Source: Candidatus Altimarinota bacterium (GTDB lineage: Bacteria; Patescibacteriota; Gracilibacteria; JBDHUY01). Taken from it: DNA of 64,000 nt. Under the pieces are notes generated by a model. That model saw only the letters and a list, made by a program, of their open reading frames with translations, did not search any database and was not told the origin of the DNA. Positions 48,605-58,284 of this stretch are shown piece by piece. The DNA is taken from positions 96,001 to 160,000 of the forward strand of contig JBDHUY010000002.1 in assembly GCA_039809385.1 (NCBI GenBank). The letters run 5' to 3'. The stretch's first letter is position 1; the number at the start of each line of letters is the position of its first letter. The translations under genes were made by a program, and so were the position numbers.

Positions 48605-48772
48605 TTTCACTATACAGGACCAGGCCTCCGACTTGGTATTTTCATTGTACAAAACATACTCTTTGGCCCAATCAATGAGTTAGTATCCGTAACCATTTTT
48701 TAAAGCTCCACCTATAATCTCCATCGGAAAAGTATAACACCCGATCCTACCTGACCGTTATGTAAAAGAATA

Positions 48773-48798
48773 AGGATCAAATCAGGAGATTTGATCCT
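48773..48798. terminator. Hairpin between convergent genes
   Basis: AGGATCAAATC-agga-GATTTGATCCT. Confidence 0.5.
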
Positions 48799-48848
48799 GC
48801 GGAAGTTCTTGGTCATGAGTTAGCAGCCAAAAAGAATCAGTAGATCCT

Positions 48849-50441
48849 TTATTCCACCACCTCGCCCCCAAACAGCTCGGCCACGTCTTCAGGCGTCATC
48901 GATTTTTTCGGCATAGGATCAGTTTCGACCAAAGCCGGAGTCGGTTGAACAGAAAAAGGTTGAACGTTAGCCGCCGGATCAGGCAGAAGCGTTTCTATCT
49001 TTTGCAAAACAGGTCGAATCTGGAACATTTGAGAAAAGCTCTCCTGCAATACTTTCTCCACCTCGGCGAGCGCGGCCGGAGCTTCCAACACCTCCAGATA
49101 CATTTGACTCGAAACCTGAAGGGTCAATTTATCCCCTTCCAAAGTCACCGGGGAGGCATTTTTAAAAGCATGCCGTACCTTCGGTCCCATTTTACCGGCC
49201 AAACTCCCCCACTTTTCGCGTAACATGTCGACGGACACTGTTCCAGAAAATGCCGTTTCTTCTTTCTCTTCTCGGGAGGGAGGAACATTCGCCTGAACAT
49301 TCGGTGCGGAAACGGCCACTTGGGGTTCAACAACAGAACTCGCCTGGCTCTTTCTTGAAGCAAGCAACTCTTTGGAAGAGATTTTCTTTTCTGCTCCGTC
49401 TTCGCCGGAGAGTTCCTGTCGTTCTCCGGCAATCTTCACCACTGCAATTTCCAGTGGCAACTGCGGAATCATCGCGGTCTTTATATCCTGGCTGGTATTT
49501 TCTAAGATCTCGATCCAGCGTACCAGTTCCCCGGTATATTCGGGATCTTTATCCTGCACGCTCAATAAAAACTGGTCCCGCACATATTCGATAAAATCTT
49601 TAAGGAATTGCGTCAGACTCGCTCCCCCTTCATACAGATCGTTTATTTTGGTCAATGCGTTGTCTACTCTTCCCGCATACAGATCGTCAAACAGTCCTTC
49701 GATCACATGGGCAGACGTAACTCCCACATGACTGACCACATCTTCATACGTTATTTTGCCGTCCAAAACAACTTTTTCGAAAAGTCCGAGCGCATCCCGC
49801 AAGCCCCCTTCCGCCACTTTGGCAATCAGGTTCAGCGCTTTGACATCCGCCTGGACGCCCTCCTGCTCAGCCACAAATTTAAGCCGGTAGACAATATCCT
49901 TTATTTCGAAGCGCTTGAAATCAAAACGCTGGCAGCGCGAGATGATCGTATCGGGTACTTTGTGTGATTCGGTCGTAGCCAGGATAAAATGCACATGCTC
50001 GGGCGGCTCTTCCAAAGTTTTTAGCAACGCGTTAAAGGCCGATTTTGAGAGCATATGCACTTCGTCGACGATATAGACTTTTTTTTGGGCTTCATTCGGC
50101 ATAAAGCGGGCTTTATCAATCAGGTCGCGCACATCGTCCACGCTGGTGTGACTGGCCGCGTCTATTTCGATAATATCGACCAGGCGGCCTTCGGTGATCG
50201 CTTCGCATATCCGGCACGCATTACACGGGTTCCCGTCCTCTTTGAGCGCCGTACAATTGATTGCCTTGGCTACAATACGGGCGGAAGATGTTTTTCCGGT
50301 TCCGCGCGGTCCGGTAAACAAATACGCATGCGACAATTTCCGTTCCCGAGACGCATTCTTCAAAATAACCCGGGTGATTTCCTGGCCGACCAGGCTGTCA
50401 AAGTCCTGCGGACGGTATTTGAGGTAGAGAGTTTGAGGCAT
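48849..50441 (-). CDS. dnaX: DNA polymerase III subunit gamma/tau
   Basis: LYLKYRP, GPRGTGKTS, zinc-binding Cys residues, IDAAS, DEVHMLS, SRCQRF. Confidence 0.97.
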   Translation of the reverse strand: MPQTLYLKYRPQDFDSLVGQEITRVILKNASRERKLSHAYLFTGPRGTGKTSSARIVAKAINCTALKEDGNPCNACRICEAITEGRLVDIIEIDAASHTSVDDVRDLIDKARFMPNEAQKKVYIVDEVHMLSKSAFNALLKTLEEPPEHVHFILATTESHKVPDTIISRCQRFDFKRFEIKDIVYRLKFVAEQEGVQADVKALNLIAKVAEGGLRDALGLFEKVVLDGKITYEDVVSHVGVTSAHVIEGLFDDLYAGRVDNALTKINDLYEGGASLTQFLKDFIEYVRDQFLLSVQDKDPEYTGELVRWIEILENTSQDIKTAMIPQLPLEIAVVKIAGERQELSGEDGAEKKISSKELLASRKSQASSVVEPQVAVSAPNVQANVPPSREEKEETAFSGTVSVDMLREKWGSLAGKMGPKVRHAFKNASPVTLEGDKLTLQVSSQMYLEVLEAPAALAEVEKVLQESFSQMFQIRPVLQKIETLLPDPAANVQPFSVQPTPALVETDPMPKKSMTPEDVAELFGGEVVE

Positions 50442-50653
50442 GGAGGGATCACGTATTTAGTATGAAGTATGGGCACATATTACCGATTGCTCGTCTTTAT
50501 CCAGAGTGGTTATTACTAACCCCCTTTCATTAGGCGGAACGAAACATTACCCGCCGGATGCCACGCAGGGGCTCCTTTAGGAGTATAACTGCGATGACTA
50601 ACCGCTCACCGCTAATTGCCTTTTCATTTTAAACAGTTCTGGGCGATTTGCAA

Positions 50654-51586
50654 TCATCCGAAATGCAATTCTTTTCCATGCATTCCCCGCAGGAAATCTT
50701 CAAAGGAAACCGGGGTCTTTCCTTCAAGCTGTACCGTTTGCGCAACAAGTATACCGTCAACGGTTTGAATTCCCTCATTGTCAATGATTTTTCCAGGCAG
50801 TTGTTCTACTTTTTTGTTCAATACCGCAGCTTGAAGTATTTTGAAACGCTTCTCTTCCAAAAAAGTGTATACACCCGGCCAGGGAGTAAAAGCTTTGATT
50901 TTGCGCACGATCTGAACGGCCGACTCGGTCTGCCAATCGATTTTCCCCATTTCTTTCTCCAACAAGCGGGAATAAGTAGCCAGGGCAGAATCTTGAGGAA
51001 CAGGCCTAATCGTGCCTTCGACAAATCCTGCAATGGTATCGCCCAGCTTCTTAGAGCCCAGGGTAAACAGTTCCGGCAAGAGAGTCTGACTCGTCGCATC
51101 CGGATCAACTCGAATCTTGGTTTGCCACAACATATCGCCTTCATCCATGCCCGCGCTCATTTGCATAATAGTCACTCCCGTTATTTCGTCGCCGAAGAGA
51201 AAGGTATAGGGCACCGGGGTCGCCCCGCGATGACGCGGCAGCAACGACGGGTGAATATTGATAAAACCAAACCGGGGAATATCCAGAATATTTTGAGGAA
51301 TGATCTTTCCGTAACTTGCCACGACACAGATATCGGGGTGCAGGTTCTTCAGCCAGGCCTCAAAGTCGGCAGTTCTGATTTTTTCAGGCGTAACAACTGG
51401 TAGTACTAATTCTTCCGCACGTAACGTAACCGGCGACTTGCCGACTGCGAGTCCCCGACCTTGGGGTTTACCTGACTGGCTTACCACAGCTACAAGTTCA
51501 AAGCGTTTATCTCGAAAAAGTGCTTCCACAACAGACAGAACAAAATCCGATGTCCCGAAAAAAACAGTACGTAAGGGGTCTTTCAT
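50654..51586 (-). CDS. fmt: Methionyl-tRNA formyltransferase
   Basis: FFGTSDF, VASYGKII, NIHPSLLPRHRGATP, MDEGD, VQLEGK. Confidence 0.96.
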   Translation of the reverse strand: MKDPLRTVFFGTSDFVLSVVEALFRDKRFELVAVVSQSGKPQGRGLAVGKSPVTLRAEELVLPVVTPEKIRTADFEAWLKNLHPDICVVASYGKIIPQNILDIPRFGFINIHPSLLPRHRGATPVPYTFLFGDEITGVTIMQMSAGMDEGDMLWQTKIRVDPDATSQTLLPELFTLGSKKLGDTIAGFVEGTIRPVPQDSALATYSRLLEKEMGKIDWQTESAVQIVRKIKAFTPWPGVYTFLEEKRFKILQAAVLNKKVEQLPGKIIDNEGIQTVDGILVAQTVQLEGKTPVSFEDFLRGMHGKELHFG

Positions 51587-51749
51587 AAAAAACGATTGTG
51601 AGAACAGGATACTTTGTTAGAATAAGCAAGTAAATGCAAAATTCGGGGCAAGCGATCAGCTCCTTCCTCACTCCGATCTCCCAACTCCTAACTCCCATCC
51701 CCATGCCTTATACTTCATACTTTACACCTAATACTAGATACTTGCCTCT

Positions 51750-52136
51750 ATGTCCCATCGTATCGATAAAATAAACAGTCTGATCAAAGAGCAGGTAGCA
51801 GACATCCTTTTGACCTCGATTGACCGCGAGCATTTTCAACTTGTAACGGTAACACGCGTAATTACGGCCCGCGATCTTTCTACTGCTAAAGTCTATGTTT
51901 CGCTCCCCAACAATTCGTTCAAAAATTTTTATGAATGGTCGAAAGGAAATTTATACGACATTCAAAAAGAGCTGAATCATCGTTTAAATCTGCACCATGT
52001 TCCCCGGATCAGTTTCGTGGAAGACACGACTGGCGAATACGTTAGCCATATCGAAGATCTGTTTGCCAAGATACGCAAAGATGAAGAGAAAGGAAATCAG
52101 GTTAGTCCAGGGACAAATTCAACCGGCAGATCTTGA
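51750..52136 (+). CDS. rbfA: Ribosome-binding factor A
   Basis: RIDKINSLIKEQVA, VTVTRV...DLSTAKVYVS, VPRISFVED. Confidence 0.92.
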   Translation: MSHRIDKINSLIKEQVADILLTSIDREHFQLVTVTRVITARDLSTAKVYVSLPNNSFKNFYEWSKGNLYDIQKELNHRLNLHHVPRISFVEDTTGEYVSHIEDLFAKIRKDEEKGNQVSPGTNSTGRS

Positions 52137-52482
52137 TCTGTTGACGAGGATTTTTGTGATACGGTTATTGTCTTTCCGTACACAATTGTTAACAAATTGA
52201 TCCTGGCGTACCGTTCAAAACCTTTTCTGCGGTTTTTCCGTTTAGGGCCAACCAGACTAGGTCTTTTTGGAGTACCCATAGAGACACCGTTTTTGATACT
52301 CATTTAAAACAAGAGCTATAAAATATTTTTAAAACACAGCAAGATATTTAACATAACCAGCTTGCACTGCATGTTCGGTTTGTTATAGTTATTAACTCTT
52401 TCCATATCACAAAATAAACAAAAATCTATGAGAGTTTCGATAAAAATACAATCTATCTCGATCGTTATCCTTCTTACTATCA

Positions 52483-53448
52483 ATGGTTCAAGATATCTAC
52501 ACTCCCGAAGAGGTCGTAGCCGCGGGTCGCAAGATCAAAGCAGCGCGACGTATCGCCGTAATTTCTCCCAAAAACCTGGACGGCGACAGTCTGGGCTCAA
52601 CCTGCGCACTCAATCTTGTGTTTAAACAGTTGGGAAAAGAGTCCCAGCTGATCTGTCTCGAGGATATTCCCGACAATATGAAGTTTATCCCCTCGATTCA
52701 CGAATTTATCAAAGAACTCGACACAAACGCCTACGACCTTTTCATCATCACCGATTGCGGCGAACCAAAACTGACAGGATTCGAGCAAACCCATCCCGAG
52801 ATGTTTGACGGGACAAAAGAATTTATCAACATCGACCACCACATTTCCAATACCAAATTCGGCACACTCAATATCGTCAAACCAGGCACAGCGGCAGCAT
52901 GCATGGTTGTTTACCGTCTTTTGAAGTACTGGAATGTGAAAATCACACCCGATATAGCCACGGCGTTGATGGTGGGAATATATACGGATACGGGCAGTTT
53001 TATGCACAGCAACACAACCGAGGAAGTCTATCGAGTGGCCGGAGAACTATTGTCCCGGGGCGCCAGCGTCCGCAAAATATCGAAACATATCTTTAAGAAC
53101 ACGCCGCTTTCGACGATGAAACTGTGGGGACGAGTCATGGAACGTGCCCACAAAACGGAACAAAAAATTACCATTTCGTATGTATTGGAGAGCGACTTTA
53201 TCGAGCTGGGTGCCAAGCCCGACGATCTGTCGGGAGTCGTGGATTACATCAATGCGGTACCCGATAGCACTTTTTCGGCTCTGATCACCGAATTCGGCGG
53301 AAAAATAAAAGCGTCCCTGAGGACGCTGCGCGAGGATATAAATGTTTCGGCAATCGCCAAGCTCTTTGGCGGCGGAGGTCATACCAAAGCGGCCGGTTTC
53401 ACGATTCCGGGACGGCTGGGTATAGCTCAGATCGCTGGAGATATCTAA
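52483..53448 (+). CDS. nrnA: DHH/DHHA1 phosphoesterase (NrnA-like)
   Basis: DGDSLGS, NIDHH, TDTGSF, KASLR, GGGGHTKAAG; lies near rbfA, a common neighbourhood. Confidence 0.9.
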   Translation: MVQDIYTPEEVVAAGRKIKAARRIAVISPKNLDGDSLGSTCALNLVFKQLGKESQLICLEDIPDNMKFIPSIHEFIKELDTNAYDLFIITDCGEPKLTGFEQTHPEMFDGTKEFINIDHHISNTKFGTLNIVKPGTAAACMVVYRLLKYWNVKITPDIATALMVGIYTDTGSFMHSNTTEEVYRVAGELLSRGASVRKISKHIFKNTPLSTMKLWGRVMERAHKTEQKITISYVLESDFIELGAKPDDLSGVVDYINAVPDSTFSALITEFGGKIKASLRTLREDINVSAIAKLFGGGGHTKAAGFTIPGRLGIAQIAGDI

Positions 53449-53516
53449 AAGGACAGGAATGTTCATCACACTGACAAAAGCTGCGGGCGCGAATTGCAAC
53501 ATGACATAGATAGGAA

Positions 53517-53750
53517 ATATCAAAGCTCAAATGTCGAATATCAAACGTAGAAGATATACACCATACTTGCTTATCATCGGTTCTTTGAACTTTGATATTT
53601 GGCATTTTTTTGTTCGCCGTGACGAATGAACTTTGTGATTTCAGCTTTTAACCCTATACCAACGAATCTTACTATCATCTAGACTATTATTAGATTAGCA
53701 AAGACACGTTTTTTATTTTGATTTTTGAGATTTGAGCTTTGACATTTGAG
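53517..53750. repeat. Inverted heptamer-repeat element related to 20721-20920
   Basis: CAAAGCTCAAATGTCGAA ... TTTGAACTTTGATATTTGGCATTT ... TTTGAGATTTGAGCTTTGACATTTGAG. Confidence 0.6.
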
Positions 53751-53797
53751 TTTTTTTCAAAAATCAGTATGCTGATATTTGTTGATCGCTTTTAGAT

Positions 53798-53845
53798 GCG
53801 CCCGTAGCTTTCGCTGGATAGTCCGCCGCGGCGGATCGACCCAGG
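53798..53845 (+). pseudogene. Decayed partial duplicate of tRNA-Arg interrupted by a palindrome
   Basis: GCGCCCGTAGCTttcGCTGGATAG + TCCGCCGCGGCGGA + TCGAcCCAGG, compared with the tRNA GCGCCCGTAGCTcaGCTGGATAG...TCGAaCCAGG. Confidence 0.6.
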
Positions 53846-53904
53846 TAAAGACTTTAGAAAGTTACCTGAAAAATACTCATCAAAAAAATACCTCTGCGTA
53901 CTAT

Positions 53905-53981
53905 GCGCCCGTAGCTCAGCTGGATAGAGCACCTGGCTTCGAACCAGGGGGTCGTGGGTTCGACTCCTGCCGGGCGCACCA
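53905..53981 (+). tRNA. tRNA-Arg(UCG)
   Basis: Acceptor GCGCCCG/CGGGCGC, D arm GCTC/GAGC, anticodon arm CCTGG-CTTCGAA-CCAGG, GTTCGAC T loop, encoded CCA. Confidence 0.96.
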
Positions 53982-54147
53982 AAGAAGGTAGTAAGTATTT
54001 TTTATTTGGTATTTGGCATGAAAAACCAAAGTCGCTTTATTTAGCCTTTTCTATTCTTAAATGCAATTCCGAGCTACTAAAATACGAAATAGATCAATAT
54101 TACTTCTGTAGCTTGGATTTTTAGACGTCGTCATTAAGAATCTTCCC

Positions 54148-55448
54148 ATGCTGTTCACGGCCGACCTGCATATCCATTCCAAATACGCGCGAGCCGTTTC
54201 GCCGCGCATGGTTTTGGCCGAGCTCGATCGTTGGGCACAAGACAAAGGAATTTTGGTCATGGGCACCGGCGATTTTACGCATCATGCCTGGATGCGGGAA
54301 CTGGAAGCACAACTGGAAGAGGCGGAACCGGGACTCTACAAATTGAAAAAAGAGTACCGACTTCCTACGATCAGCGGAAAAATTCCCAAGACCCGTTTTC
54401 TACTGAGTGTCGAAATCGCCTGCATCTACTCGCGCGGCGGCAGGGTACGAAAAATTCACCATCTGGTATTTGTCCCTTCTTTGAAAAGAGCCAAAGAGTT
54501 CAATGCAATTCTGTCCAAACGCGGGAATCTCGCGGCAGACGGACGTCCTATCATCGGCATGGACTCGCGAGAACTGGCCGATATCGTCTACCATGTGGAT
54601 CCGCAAAACGTGATTATTCCGGCACACGCCTGGACGCCCTGGTTTGGTATATTCGGCTCCAAATCGGGCTTCGACAGCCTGGAAGAATGTTTCGGTCCGT
54701 TTACTCAAACCATATTTGCAATAGAAACGGGGCTTTCGAGCGACCCGGCCATGAACTGGCGCCTGTCAATACTGGACAAGATTGCCCTTATTTCTAATTC
54801 GGACTCACATAGTCCCGAACGGATCGGGCGGGAAGTAAATATCTTTGACACAGACCTATCCTACCAGGGCATCATGGAAGCAATTAAAAGCAACCATCCT
54901 GGCAAGTTCAAGAAAACCGTCGAGTTTTATCCCGAAGAAGGTATGTACCATATCGACGGACACCGCGCAACATTGCTTTTATACCGGCAGAATCGAAAGC
55001 GCATAATTTTCTATGCCCGGTATGTAAGCGCCCCCTGACGATCGGGGTCATGAACCGGATCGAGCAATTGGCCGACCGGCCTGAGATTCCGCCAGCCGGA
55101 GACCGGGTTCCGTTCACGCATATGATTCCCTTGGATGAGATTATCAGTGAATCTTTACAGGTAGGTAAAGCCAGTAAAAAGGTGAAGGTACTCTATGACA
55201 TTTTGATCAAAGCTTTTGAACAAGAATTAAAGATATTGCTCGACCTGCCACTTACAGAGATTGCATCAGTAGATACTCGCGTAGCCGAAGGAATCGGCAA
55301 AGTACGAAAAGGAGAGCTACAGATTTCTCCCGGGTTTGACGGTCAGTATGGGCAGGTGCATATTTTCAAAAATGTAGCAGAATTCCCACTTGCCATACAA
55401 AAGGAGCAGAGAACAAGCTCTGAGAGTTCGCAGCCAGGTTTATTTTAG
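54148..55448 (+). pseudogene. PHP-fold endonuclease Q / TIGR00375-family gene with a frameshift at ~54967
   Basis: DLHIHSKY, GTGDFTH, PAHAWTPW, ETGLSSD, SNSDSHS, GMYHIDGHR, continuing in another frame as NIAFIPAESKAHNFLCPVCKRPLTIGVMNRIEQLADR...PGFDGQYG. Confidence 0.8.
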
Positions 55449-55590
55449 AGGGCCTTTGACATTCGCAGATCTTTGGACCTTGCCCGCCTACCTCTGGACG
55501 TAGCGAGTCCGGTGTGGTTCATACAATGATGAACGAACTTGGTGTTCGCTGTTATGAAAGCCTCACACATCCTCAAGAGACGATTCGGCG

Positions 55591-55619
55591 TTGACATTCC
55601 CGGATCTAAAGGCTAGAAA
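55591..55619 (+). promoter_or_regulatory. Possible sigma70 promoter for dgt
   Basis: TTGACA-17 nt-TAGAAA, 27 nt upstream of the ATG. Confidence 0.4.
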
Positions 55620-55646
55620 AGAGACAGTATGTAAAAATAATGTTTT

Positions 55647-56837
55647 ATGCGCCCAACTGTCAAAAATCAGATAGAAACTGACCAGGACTTAATCCTGGCC
55701 GTTTATGCCTGCCGCAACAAAAACGGATCAGAACGAGTCCATCCAGAGGAAGCCGATAAATTCCGGACCGATTTTCAACGCGACCGCGACCGGGTCTTGC
55801 ATAGCCGTAGTTTTCGAAGACTGCAGGGAAAAACCCAGGTATTTCGCGTCGGCGAGGGCGACCATTATCGCAACCGCATGACGCATAGTCTGGAAGTACA
55901 GCAGATCGCCCGGGATCTGGGGCGATCATTAAAACTCAATGAGGACTTGATCGAAACGATCGCGCTATGTCACGATCTGGGACATCCGCCTTTTGCGCAT
56001 GCCGGACAGGATAGTCTGGAACATATCATGAAAACTTTCGGAGAAACGTTCGAACATAATCAGCAAAGCCGTCGTATCGTCGAGCTGCTGGAGCATCCCT
56101 ATCCGCAATTTTCTGGATTAAATCTGACCAAAGCATCGCTGGACGGTTTGTTAAAACACCTCCCACTATTCGGCCACGATAAAAAAGTCCAAAAACTGAA
56201 TACGTTGGAATCGCAGGTGGTAGATATCGCCGACGAGATTGCTTACTACCATCACGATCTGGACGACGGATTCCGTTCCAAGATTTTGGATATGACGCAT
56301 ATGCTGAAAAATGTCTATTTGATCCGCGAGGCCTATGATTATTTAGAACACGCGTACAAAATGAAACTGGACGGAGTTTTTTTGCGTTCCAGACTGTTGA
56401 AACGGGTTGTAGACCGTTTGGTCCGCGATGTGTGGGAGGCCAGCCTCCAACGGATCGGTCAAAAGAAGATCAAAACCTTCGACGATCTGCAGAAAATTTC
56501 CGATCCGCTGATCGGTTTTTCGGCCGAGATGGCACCGCAGGTAAAGACCTTGAGACGCTATCTTTACGATAATTTTTATTTCTCTTCTTATATAAAACAA
56601 CAAGCAAAAGAAGCCGATACGGTTATTACGACGCTGTTCGAGTATTTTCAAAAACACCCCCGAACTCTTCCCGATGAAGAACAGGCCCGGATCAAACAGG
56701 GCGATACGGTACCGATTGTCATAAAAGACTACATTGCGGGCATGACCGACCGGTTTGCGCTCACTATCTATCAGGAAGTGAATCCGAAGCGAAAACTTTC
56801 GGCCACGCAGTTGAGTCTGCTGGAGAAGCAGGAATAA
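55647..56837 (+). CDS. dgt: Deoxyguanosinetriphosphate triphosphohydrolase (HD family)
   Basis: RTDFQRDRDR, FRRLQGKTQVF, RMTHSLEV, HDLGHPPFAH, FEHN, ADEIAY, DYIAGMTD. Confidence 0.95.
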   Translation: MRPTVKNQIETDQDLILAVYACRNKNGSERVHPEEADKFRTDFQRDRDRVLHSRSFRRLQGKTQVFRVGEGDHYRNRMTHSLEVQQIARDLGRSLKLNEDLIETIALCHDLGHPPFAHAGQDSLEHIMKTFGETFEHNQQSRRIVELLEHPYPQFSGLNLTKASLDGLLKHLPLFGHDKKVQKLNTLESQVVDIADEIAYYHHDLDDGFRSKILDMTHMLKNVYLIREAYDYLEHAYKMKLDGVFLRSRLLKRVVDRLVRDVWEASLQRIGQKKIKTFDDLQKISDPLIGFSAEMAPQVKTLRRYLYDNFYFSSYIKQQAKEADTVITTLFEYFQKHPRTLPDEEQARIKQGDTVPIVIKDYIAGMTDRFALTIYQEVNPKRKLSATQLSLLEKQE

Positions 56838-56920
56838 GCATCAGGATACCTGTCACTTTGAGTGAGAGCGAAGAGTCTCGTACTAGCTTTTAGCACGAAA
56901 TTACTGGCTGCCTTGCTACC

Positions 56921-57559
56921 CTATTGTTCCCCTCGCACCTCGATAATGCGGGTAATGATTTTGGCGGTCTGTTCGCGGGTAACGGGGTCGTTGACGCCAA
57001 AACGGTTCACATCGTAGCCGATCATGATCGCGTAGCTGTTCATCGTGGTAATAAATTCGCGGGCCCAAGAAGCCTGTTCGATATCCTGAAAAAATATTTC
57101 CGGTTCCGTCCGGGGAGCCAAAGCAGATGCACCGGCAAAAGCCTTAGCGGCCTGGGCCCGAGTCACAGTATCGGCGACACCGAATACGCCGGTCAGATTA
57201 CCGTTTGTATCTTTGTAACCGGTCATGAGGTTATATTTGGCGGCAGTAGCGACATAGGTATAAGCCCAATGTTCGGGTGTAATATCTTTAAATTTGGGTG
57301 CGTCGGTCGTATCGTAATCGTTGATCAAACCAGTATAGAGAGCCATCTTGCAGACCAGTTTGGCCAGCTCGGCCCGGTTAAGATTGCGGGTGGGATAAAA
57401 AACCGGCTTGTTGTCAAAAAAGCCTTTTTCCACGGCTGTCTGTACATAGCTGTACGACCAGGCACCGGGAGGTACATCACTAAAAGCGGCGGCCTTTATT
57501 ACGGGAAAAAGTCCCAGGATGAGAGCAAGGATAAAAAAACGAAAAATGGGAGATTTCAT
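56921..57559 (-). CDS. S-layer homology (SLH) domain protein
   Basis: Signal peptide followed by three FxD...W...(N/T)RAE/RAQ/REQ SLH repeats; start at MKSPIFR. Confidence 0.9.
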   Translation of the reverse strand: MKSPIFRFFILALILGLFPVIKAAAFSDVPPGAWSYSYVQTAVEKGFFDNKPVFYPTRNLNRAELAKLVCKMALYTGLINDYDTTDAPKFKDITPEHWAYTYVATAAKYNLMTGYKDTNGNLTGVFGVADTVTRAQAAKAFAGASALAPRTEPEIFFQDIEQASWAREFITTMNSYAIMIGYDVNRFGVNDPVTREQTAKIITRIIEVRGEQ

Positions 57560-57706
57560 GAAAAATATGTTACAGAACTTAGCTCTAGTTGTAACAGACC
57601 GATCTCCACTTTGCAACTGGCAAGCAAGATTTCCGAAGAAACAGAAACCATCCGCGGACAATACCAGCTCCCGGACATTACTGCCACAATACCGGTCTTG
57701 TCTTTT

Positions 57707-58171
57707 TTACTTTTTGTGTTTCCTTCGGGCAACCTTTAACTGTGCCAAAGCACGTTCCAGCATCGCCGCGGCACCGGCGAATTCCTGATCAGAGAGGGTA
57801 ACTTTATGCTGCTGGTAATCACGTAATAATTGTTCGGCTTTGTTTTTGGCTTCCATGGCTTTTTGTTCGTCAATCGAGTCGATGCGCAAAGCGCTGTCGG
57901 CAATAATATTTACCACGCTGCCGGGTTTGACCTCCATGAAACCGCCCGAAATAGCGACATAGATGATATCTGGGGCGTAAATTCCTTCTCCTTCGTTGAC
58001 TTTAAGCTTTACTTCTCCGGCTTTGAGCTGGGTGATCAATGGCAAATGATTAGGCAATACCGTTATTTGTCCCAAAGCGGTGGGCGCGCTGACCGCCCGT
58101 ACCCGGCCCTTGAAAAGCGGATTATCCAGCGTCACAATGTCCAAAGTTAAAAAATCGCTATTTTCGCTCAT
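57707..58171 (-). CDS. atpC: ATP synthase F1 epsilon subunit
   Basis: LDIVT, GQITVLPNHLPLI, AISGGFMEV, IDEQKAMEAK, LERALAQLKVA. Confidence 0.93.
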   Translation of the reverse strand: MSENSDFLTLDIVTLDNPLFKGRVRAVSAPTALGQITVLPNHLPLITQLKAGEVKLKVNEGEGIYAPDIIYVAISGGFMEVKPGSVVNIIADSALRIDSIDEQKAMEAKNKAEQLLRDYQQHKVTLSDQEFAGAAAMLERALAQLKVARRKHKK

Positions 58172-58284
58172 ATACCAGATGTAAAAAAACAAAATCGGCC
58201 ATCGCGAGAAAAACGTAAGAAAGTATACCACGGTACGAGACGGGAGCTCAAGACCTTATTTGAGAGCAGTAGCAAACAATCGGG

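Noticed and set aside
50504-50607. SRP RNA (ffs) upstream of dnaX
   Set aside because: The conserved CAGG..GRAA..AGCA helix-8 motif is not present on either strand; retained only as an unassigned structured RNA candidate.
50648-51403. Long antisense ORFs (e.g. 50648-51403 +, 56924-57739 +, 30603-31373 +)
   Set aside because: They shadow well-supported genes on the opposite strand and show no motifs of their own.
52346-52373. dif site (ATTTAACATAA is a perfect XerD arm)
   Set aside because: The other arm after a 6-bp spacer (TGCACTGCATG) lacks the TTAT core, so only a half-site is present.
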